Of a stretch of DNA of 64,000 nucleotides, positions 57,443 through 64,000 are shown piece by piece. The notes under the pieces are model-generated. The model ran no database searches. It worked only from the letters and a program-made list of their open reading frames with translations, and was not told the DNA's origin. This DNA is from an uncultured Candidatus Saccharibacteria bacterium. Lineage in GTDB: Bacteria > Patescibacteriota > Minisyncoccia > Phycocordibacterales > UBA9973. The stretch's first letter is position 1. Every line of letters begins with the position of its first letter. The position numbers were made by a program, and so were the translations under genes. The stretch is from NCBI GenBank assembly GCA_964404925.1, contig CAYOLW010000004.1, positions 8,894 to 72,893 on the forward strand, read 5' to 3'.

Positions 57443-57690
57443 AGTATAGATTCTGCTCGGGTTGTAATTTTGTGTCGAACATTATTTCCATCAGTACGCT
57501 TTAATACTAGCCCCGCAATAGCTAGCTTGCGCAGGTGGTCAGAAGCGTTCTCGTAACCAATATCCAGCTTCTCAGCAATTTCGTCTACAGAAAGCTCTGG
57601 CTCTTTTTTCAATAATTCCATTATCTGGATTCGCCGATGATTGGCAAATCCTTTCACAATTCGCTCCAGTTTTAGATAATTGTTAGTCAC
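57418..57690 (-). CDS. ArsR/SmtB-like winged-helix regulator
   Basis: ANHRRIQIMELL, LSVDEIA, SDHLRKL..AGLV. Confidence 0.88.
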   Translation of the reverse strand: MTNNYLKLERIVKGFANHRRIQIMELLKKEPELSVDEIAEKLDIGYENASDHLRKLAIAGLVLKRTDGNNVRHKITTRAESILAFCKKLE

Positions 57691-57701
57691 AATATAATTA
57701 T

Positions 57702-57730
57702 AAATCTATTCTAGTTTTTTGCAAAATGCT
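57702..57730. repeat. 29-bp direct repeat, copy 2 (HTH gene promoter)
   Basis: Identical to 57414-57442; minus strand TTGCAA-16 bp-TATAAT. Confidence 0.95.
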
Positions 57731-57794
57731 TGGATGAATACTTTATTTTAGGGTCTTATATGTTTAGCTACTATGGTCCTATAGATTTGTATTA

Positions 57795-58307
57795 TTAACT
57801 ATTTTTATCTTTTAGGTAAGTATCAAAGTATATGGCGTGGCACGTATAGCCACCGGGGTTCTTTTGCAGATAATCCTGATGATATTCCTCGGCTTTGTAG
57901 AATTTAGTAAATGGTTCAAGCGTGGTGACCACAGGCGCCCCCCAGCGGCCGGAGTCATTTACTATTTTTATAAATTTTTCTGCTTGTTCTTTCTCCTCTT
58001 CGTTCTGATAAAATATTGCCGAGCGGTATGCGGTGCCCACGTCATTGCCCTGCCTATTTAGCGTGGTGGGATTATGAATCTGGAAAAAGAAATCCAGTAG
58101 GTGCCAGAAATCCGTCTGCGCCGTATCATATACCACCTCGATAGCCTCGGCATGCCCGGGATGGTGCTCATACGTTGGATTGTCTCCGTCAGCTGACGGA
58201 TCCCCACCCGTATACCCCGCCACGATATCAACTACACCCTTCTGCGTGCGCATCAGGTCCTCAAGCCCCCAGAAACATCCCCCGGCTATGTATGCTTTTT
58301 TGTTCAT
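57795..58307 (-). CDS. msrA: Peptide methionine sulfoxide reductase A
   Basis: [29 protein letters not shown]. Confidence 0.96.
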   Translation of the reverse strand: MNKKAYIAGGCFWGLEDLMRTQKGVVDIVAGYTGGDPSADGDNPTYEHHPGHAEAIEVVYDTAQTDFWHLLDFFFQIHNPTTLNRQGNDVGTAYRSAIFYQNEEEKEQAEKFIKIVNDSGRWGAPVVTTLEPFTKFYKAEEYHQDYLQKNPGGYTCHAIYFDTYLKDKNS

Positions 58308-58311
58308 ATAT

Positions 58312-59292
58312 TTATTTCAACATTTGCACAATTAAACCAACCATTAAATCTTTTTTATTTGGATTGCTTTCTGCAATTAGCAGAGTGAGTGCAGTTAAAG
58401 CATTTGGATTGATCTTTGAAGCAGTTTTAATTTTTGCTTTTTTCAAAAACCAAATAAAAGCAAAGGCACCTGAACGCTTGTTACCATCCACAAATGGATG
58501 ATTTTTAACCATGAAATACAATACATGAGCTGCCTTCTCTTCAAGTGTTGGGTATACTTCTTTGTTGCCAAAAGACTGCATAACATTACCAATGATGCCA
58601 TTTATGCTTCCAGACTGACGCTCTTGTGCAAAAATCTCTGATGCTTCACCGCGGGCTATTAGTTCTCCTCGCAACAACGCAATATCACGTAACAATTCTT
58701 CTGATCCTAGATTAATAGCTTTACGAGTAGACCCTATTGGTTTTAGCTTTTCTTTGTCGTATGCATCTAGCGAAATCCATGTACTAGAAAATTCTTTAAT
58801 AAGCTCCAGAATAGCTTTTGGATCGAGTGCGACATGTTCTGGTAAAAGATTCTGTATGGATTCAATGTTTTTTAAAAATTCTTTATAGTTTTTCTGAATT
58901 TGTTTTTTATTCAATACAAATCCTTTCGTCAAAAATTCTTTCAAAACTTTTGTTGCCCAAATACGAAACTGCGTAGCATTTTTTGAATTAACACGATAGC
59001 CAACAGCAATAACCATGTCTAGATTATAGTGATTTACCAAACGCTCAACTTCTCTTTTACCTTCTTTTTGAACTATCCGGATTTTCCGGATAGTTGCTTT
59101 TTCTTGCAACTCTCTGGTTTTGTAAATATTTTTAATGTGTTCGTTTATCGTCCTAACATCCACACCAAAAACTCCAGCAATCTGAATTTGAGTTGCCCAG
59201 ATAGTTTCCTGTTCTTTGTCACCACGCAACTCAATAGCACCACTTTTAGATTGATAAATAACAATATTTGATTTTGTTTCTAACTTCTTCAC
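58312..59292 (-). CDS. RhuM N-terminal + Fic/Doc fusion protein
   Basis: [27 protein letters not shown]; [11 protein letters not shown]. Confidence 0.88.
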   Translation of the reverse strand: MKKLETKSNIVIYQSKSGAIELRGDKEQETIWATQIQIAGVFGVDVRTINEHIKNIYKTRELQEKATIRKIRIVQKEGKREVERLVNHYNLDMVIAVGYRVNSKNATQFRIWATKVLKEFLTKGFVLNKKQIQKNYKEFLKNIESIQNLLPEHVALDPKAILELIKEFSSTWISLDAYDKEKLKPIGSTRKAINLGSEELLRDIALLRGELIARGEASEIFAQERQSGSINGIIGNVMQSFGNKEVYPTLEEKAAHVLYFMVKNHPFVDGNKRSGAFAFIWFLKKAKIKTASKINPNALTALTLLIAESNPNKKDLMVGLIVQMLK

Positions 59293-59341
59293 AAGTATAT
59301 TTTAACACAACCCAGACTCTTATTAGTCTGTTGTAATTTAA

Positions 59342-59740
59342 TTATTCTGAAGTTCCGCCGTCGAATTCTGGTGCGTCGGCCTCGGCTTCAGACTTGGTGG
59401 CGCGGATTACTCCGTCTTTGTGATGCGGTGGTGCATAGATGGTGTAGAGTTTCAATTTATGCTCCTTGGACGTATTGATAATGTTGTGCTTGGCCCCGGC
59501 CGGCACGATGACGACATCCCCACCGGCAACTGCATGATCCATCCCGTCTATTAACACCATGCCTTCCCCGCTTTCAAATCGGAAAAACTGATCCCCTTCA
59601 TTATGAACCTCAAGCCCTATTTCTTCTCCGGGCAGAAGGGCCATCAAAACCAACTGCATATGCTTGCCAGTATAGAGAACGTGCCTAAAGTTACTATTTT
59701 CCTCTGTGATTTTCTCCAAGTTCTCTTTGTATCCTTTCAT
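59342..59740 (-). CDS. Cupin domain protein
   Basis: QLVLM, IGLEVH, DQFFRFE, VPAGAKHN, YAPPHH. Confidence 0.9.
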   Translation of the reverse strand: MKGYKENLEKITEENSNFRHVLYTGKHMQLVLMALLPGEEIGLEVHNEGDQFFRFESGEGMVLIDGMDHAVAGGDVVIVPAGAKHNIINTSKEHKLKLYTIYAPPHHKDGVIRATKSEAEADAPEFDGGTSE

Positions 59741-59790
59741 ATTTTTATTTTGAGTTGATTAATAAGAACTTAATTATACACCTTATTAGG

Positions 59791-60225
59791 CTAACTTTTA
59801 TATACCACAAAATGTGGTAATTCATTCAAGTTAATATAATTAAACATCCAATATTTTCTATCACGACTTTTTATATCTGCTAGGTATTTCTTTAGATTCT
59901 TTTTCGGCACAAAGGGATAGAACCTTATTTCTTGGCGATCAATACCCTTTTCCTTCCACTTGAAATTCGCGATGAGTGGAGGCATTAGGAAGCCAGACTT
60001 TAGGACCTTTTCAACTATTTCCCATCCGGCACCATGTATTTCTTTGACAGTAGGTTTAATCTTGTTTGTTTTAACCTGGGCACGGAAATTGCACCCAACA
60101 CATTGCACATCATACAAAGGATATCCTGTAGGTAGACGCATTAATGCCTTGCCGCAATTAGGACATGGCACCAAGTCCACGACCTCTTGTTCACCCTTAT
60201 CTCCATTTTGTTTGTTTTGAGACAT
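59791..60225 (-). CDS. DpnI/DRP-like zinc-finger PD-(D/E)xK nuclease domain protein
   Basis: GE..V....CPNCG...L....P..D..C..C....QVK pattern resembles the DpnI catalytic domain. Confidence 0.6.
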   Translation of the reverse strand: MSQNKQNGDKGEQEVVDLVPCPNCGKALMRLPTGYPLYDVQCVGCNFRAQVKTNKIKPTVKEIHGAGWEIVEKVLKSGFLMPPLIANFKWKEKGIDRQEIRFYPFVPKKNLKKYLADIKSRDRKYWMFNYINLNELPHFVVYKS

Positions 60226-60226
60226 G

Positions 60227-62470
60227 TTAATTTAAGTTTAAAAAATTCCAACTTTTTATATCATTTGGATTATATTCATATTTTTCAGAATTATTGTAGC
60301 GCCAACTTTTATTTTCTCTGATAACAATTCCACCGAACAACTCTTTACCTGTCTTATTTTGCTCTTTGATATACTTTGCCAATCCTTCAGCACGTTCTTT
60401 TGCAGTTTTAGCATAAATACCACCTTTTGTGTCAAAAAGTCCTATTGTGCCATCTTTCATTTGTACAACAAAATCAACATAGAATGGTAAATCAACACCA
60501 TTTTCTACATACGGAACGGCAAAATACGTTGCGTCACTGGCACCGTTTTTAAACCACCAACTAACTTGTTTTACACCTTCAAGGAAATCTATGAAATCCA
60601 ATTCAACACTACTATCTTCTTCAATAATTTTTTGCTGAGGTCCTTTTTCTGCTGTTTTGGCATAGTAAGGTTGTATTGCAGATTTTTTATAATCTTTTTT
60701 CTTGAAAGAAATACTGTAATTAATAACCTCTGGAACATTCCAGGGATCGTCATTTTCAACGAGTTTATTTTTACCTTTACCAATTTTTTCTTGATACAAT
60801 TCTTTTGCACGATTTATAACATCAGTAACAGCTTGCCGATTATCTTCTGCTAAAACAACGGCTTGAATTTCAGGCCATCTATCCTCATCTCTAGAGGCAC
60901 CAAAGAAAGAATACAGAGAACTGTTTATGCGCTTAATTGATCGTGTTTCTGGTGCAAAAGGATCAAGATTGTCGCGAACGAACATGTCGAAAGCATATTG
61001 CAATTCTGATTCATTTTTTGGTAGTGCCAAAGTTCCAGCTCTTTCAATGTCTTTTACTTCTTTATCCGTATCAACAATGCGACCACTCGCAATAAGTTTT
61101 GTATCAACAATACTATGTTTAAAAGAAACTCTTTTTGCCAAATCAAGCTCTTTAGCCGCTTGTTCGAAAATAGGGTAAAAGTCAGACGACAGTCGTGTTT
61201 CTTCACGAAAGCGTTTTGAGTGATGAGAAATAAGATTGATATCTTTGTATGATTCAATTCTTAAACCCTTGTGTACTTTAAAATCAGGCAAAATATCTTG
61301 ATCAATTTTTGTATCAATGTCTGGCAAGCTAGTGTATAGATAAGCTCTGTTTAGCTCGTCATTACCATAATGCCTATGTTCTGGCATACGCATTACACGC
61401 CCTAGTGTTTGAATTGAGAAAGTGATATTTTCATCTGTCCACTGTCGAAATAAAACAAGAATTGTCGCACGAGGGCAATCCCAACCCAACGCAATCGCTT
61501 GTTTAAACAACATAACTTCAACTTCATTTTCAGGTTTTTCGATATTATCAAGATTTATTTTTTCATTACCTGTCAAGTAAATAGCAAGACGAGGATCATC
61601 TTTGACATAGCCAAATTTAGAAAGCATCCGTAATACTTCCTCTTTTTTATCTGGAATACCTTGCCTATTGTCTGGTAGCTGAATAAGTAAAAGTGGATTA
61701 ACTGATGAATTTTCTTTTTTCTCAAGAATTTTTTGCAGCTCATCTCTTTTTTCAATAGCACTTCGCAAAATCAGCTCGTCGGCAGATTCATCGCTCTTTC
61801 TTTTGTCTATTACATAGTTCTCAAAGCCATCATTTACAACAACCTCTTTTTTAATCATTCCTTCTTTTCGAACATCTTCTATCTTTACGGGAATAATATA
61901 ATCACTTTTAATTTGTGGTGTAGCAGAAACTTCAATCGTTACCTTTGGTCCAAGTTTACGAATGATTTCCTGTGATTTGTCACTATTTGCAGTGTGGTGG
62001 CTTTCATCAATTATCAAAATAATTATGCGTCCAGCTTCTTTTGTTCTTGCAACCACTATATCTAAATTGTTATCTCGCTCGTTAGCACGAACTAAAATAT
62101 TGTCTTCTTTATTTATACTTGCCCAATTTAGAAAAAGAATTTCATTTTGTCTGATCTGACGATTCTCAAGATCGTGAAAATAAGAACAACGTAGTCCAAC
62201 ACCTTGTTGATCAAAATACTTTTTCAAACTGTTTCTACTCTGGTCATGAAGTTTATTTACAGCAATCCAAACAAAAGCAAATTTCTTGCCGTCTATACGA
62301 GCATCAATCAAACGACGCAAAAATTCTGCCGTCATCAAGGTTTTCCCCGATCCTGTTGGAGATTTGAAAATAATTACTTCATCGTTTTGAGATTCCAAAA
62401 GCTCGTTAACTTCTGATTTCAACTTGACGATAGCTTTTTCTTGATAGTCTTTAAATTGAATCATAATCAT
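60227..62470 (-). CDS. res: Type III restriction enzyme Res subunit
   Basis: SPTGSGKT, DESHH, SATP, GWDCPRA, QTLGR; C-terminal VDF..DTK nuclease. Confidence 0.9.
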   Translation of the reverse strand: MIMIQFKDYQEKAIVKLKSEVNELLESQNDEVIIFKSPTGSGKTLMTAEFLRRLIDARIDGKKFAFVWIAVNKLHDQSRNSLKKYFDQQGVGLRCSYFHDLENRQIRQNEILFLNWASINKEDNILVRANERDNNLDIVVARTKEAGRIIILIIDESHHTANSDKSQEIIRKLGPKVTIEVSATPQIKSDYIIPVKIEDVRKEGMIKKEVVVNDGFENYVIDKRKSDESADELILRSAIEKRDELQKILEKKENSSVNPLLLIQLPDNRQGIPDKKEEVLRMLSKFGYVKDDPRLAIYLTGNEKINLDNIEKPENEVEVMLFKQAIALGWDCPRATILVLFRQWTDENITFSIQTLGRVMRMPEHRHYGNDELNRAYLYTSLPDIDTKIDQDILPDFKVHKGLRIESYKDINLISHHSKRFREETRLSSDFYPIFEQAAKELDLAKRVSFKHSIVDTKLIASGRIVDTDKEVKDIERAGTLALPKNESELQYAFDMFVRDNLDPFAPETRSIKRINSSLYSFFGASRDEDRWPEIQAVVLAEDNRQAVTDVINRAKELYQEKIGKGKNKLVENDDPWNVPEVINYSISFKKKDYKKSAIQPYYAKTAEKGPQQKIIEEDSSVELDFIDFLEGVKQVSWWFKNGASDATYFAVPYVENGVDLPFYVDFVVQMKDGTIGLFDTKGGIYAKTAKERAEGLAKYIKEQNKTGKELFGGIVIRENKSWRYNNSEKYEYNPNDIKSWNFLNLN

Positions 62471-64000
62471 GATCTAAAAATTTCCTGATATACCTTCAAA
62501 ATTATTTCGGGTATTGCTTGTAGTACGACTTTGTCCGCAACGTCAGCAAATTGCGCCGCGTGTGGATCATCCCCAAGCGAAAACACATAAGTATTTATTT
62601 TTGCATCAATTTTTTTGATTGCTTTCTTATATTCATCAATCGCATCTTCATAGAAGATAATTCCAAGATATCTTTCATCATAGCTTTTTAAAATTTTGTA
62701 GTCATCATTTTCAATGATATGATCATAGATACCTTCCTTAATACAAAGCATCTCGGTACATTTGTTGACCAACTTGTGTTTGTTTTTGTCTGACGGCTCT
62801 GATTCTACAAAATCATAAGCGGTAAAATATTTTAGGTTTCCTCCAAGGCCTTCAATTTTCTCGCCTTTACTATTTTTGTAACCCTTCATCACTTTCTGAA
62901 GTCGTGGTTGGCAAACTTCCGTTGCAATATTGTTTTCATTATTTGTACAAAGAATAAATTTGCGGTGCCCACCATCTTCCTTATTCAAATCTAGAACCGC
63001 ATGTCCTGTTGTGCCCGATCCAGCCATAAAATCGAGAATTTTTATATCGTTACCTTGATTGGTTATTTTAATTAACCATTTTATTAGATTCTTGGGTTTA
63101 GCAAATTGAAAATCTATATCAAGTTCTTTCAATTCACGGGAGCTACTTCTGTTCTCAAATTCTGTCAGAAAATTAGTTGGTACACGCCCGTCATCTGCTC
63201 TATCTTCTAACCAAATTTTTGTATATATATTCCACTTAGATTTATTGCCCTTTTCATCAACAAGAGATGATGTTTTTGTTTTTTTGAATACAATATTTCC
63301 TTTTTCTAATTCGTCTTTATATCTTGGGAAAATCCATCTCCAAACCCCATCGTTTTTGTCTGGCTTTGTTTTCTCACCAGCAATATTTTTTTTGGGAAAT
63401 GTTTCTCCAGGCGGAATAACAAATGAACCATCAGGGCATTCTATCCAATATCTTTGATTAGGTCTTGAGTCGAGTCCTGCTTGATATAAACCCATTTCTC
63501 GGTATCTTTGACCTTTACGTTCTCCCTCTTTCTCTATTCGAGAATAAATTTTATCAATATAGTCATCCTCAAGGGGTAATCTAAATTCCTTCAATTTTTC
63601 AATTTCTTTTGCATACACGAGCACATAGTCAATGTTTGGTGAAAAATATCTTCCTTTGTTTCCACCACTTTTCATCAATCTCGATACATTTGTTATAAAA
63701 TTCTTTTCTTCAAAAATTTCATCGCAAAGAAGCTTGAGGGGGGCAAGTTCATTATGGTCAATGCTAATAAAAATAACGCCTGTATCTTTTAGTAAATTCC
63801 GTGCCAACAAAATTCGTTTCTCCATGAACGAAAGCCATTTACTGTGTTTAAATGGATCGTCTTTGTCTACATAATCACTTTTGAAAGAATCTGTATATTT
63901 AAAATCTTTATTCCCAGTATTATAAGGAGGATCAATATAAATAACATCAATGACTTCTTGGTGTGTGAAATTTAAGACCGCAAGCGAGTGATAATTATCA
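62467..64000 (-). CDS. mod: Type III R-M Mod methyltransferase (5' end outside window)
   Basis: Frame extends past the listed start: DNY..IDVIYIDPPYNTG; later KP..LI, LDFMAGSGTTGHAV. Confidence 0.93.
   Translation of the reverse strand, partial: DNYHSLAVLNFTHQEVIDVIYIDPPYNTGNKDFKYTDSFKSDYVDKDDPFKHSKWLSFMEKRILLARNLLKDTGVIFISIDHNELAPLKLLCDEIFEEKNFITNVSRLMKSGGNKGRYFSPNIDYVLVYAKEIEKLKEFRLPLEDDYIDKIYSRIEKEGERKGQRYREMGLYQAGLDSRPNQRYWIECPDGSFVIPPGETFPKKNIAGEKTKPDKNDGVWRWIFPRYKDELEKGNIVFKKTKTSSLVDEKGNKSKWNIYTKIWLEDRADDGRVPTNFLTEFENRSSSRELKELDIDFQFAKPKNLIKWLIKITNQGNDIKILDFMAGSGTTGHAVLDLNKEDGGHRKFILCTNNENNIATEVCQPRLQKVMKGYKNSKGEKIEGLGGNLKYFTAYDFVESEPSDKNKHKLVNKCTEMLCIKEGIYDHIIENDDYKILKSYDERYLGIIFYEDAIDEYKKAIKKIDAKINTYVFSLGDDPHAAQFADVADKVVLQAIPEIILKVYQEIFRS

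Noticed and set aside
9-63874. Numerous 60-170 aa antisense or alternate-frame ORFs in the track
   Set aside because: They overlap well-supported genes and show no motifs; treated as shadows
1-64000. CRISPR array, integrase/transposase, prophage, rRNA, alternative genetic code
   Set aside because: No spaced repeat array, recombinase, phage structural or rRNA sequence seen; long ORFs are intact under the standard code

Overview
AT-rich, gene-dense chromosomal segment read in the standard genetic code. Gene style (degenerate PriA, short AspRS, CAP/DUF5667/DUF2914-type genes, SD-less starts) suggests a Patescibacteria (CPR)/Parcubacteria-like genome. The first ~41 kb is mostly housekeeping (mreB, frr, rseP, cysS, rplU, recR, dnaB, trpS, aspS, scpAB, PBP2, ctpA, rplI, rpmA, gltX, murG/ftsW/mraY, class Id-like nrdB/nrdA). 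The right end is accessory: ECF sigma/anti-sigma, a Shedu-like islet at tRNA-Gln, redox and membrane genes, RhuM-Fic, a DpnI-like nuclease and a type III R-M. The most striking signal is at 10.7-22.6 kb. Three poorly characterised enzymes (a 456-aa orphan, a glutamate-cysteine-ligase-like protein and a pre-ATP-grasp/ATP-grasp ligase) each sit behind the same cis-architecture: sigma70 promoter, translated upstream ORF, antiterminator/terminator pair, then a boxA-like motif. One leader has an Arg-Arg-Arg run. Another 'leader' is the His-containing tail of an operator-bearing YerC/HisR repressor gene. Four peptidases/deacylases are interleaved. All calls are by eye, with no database searches.
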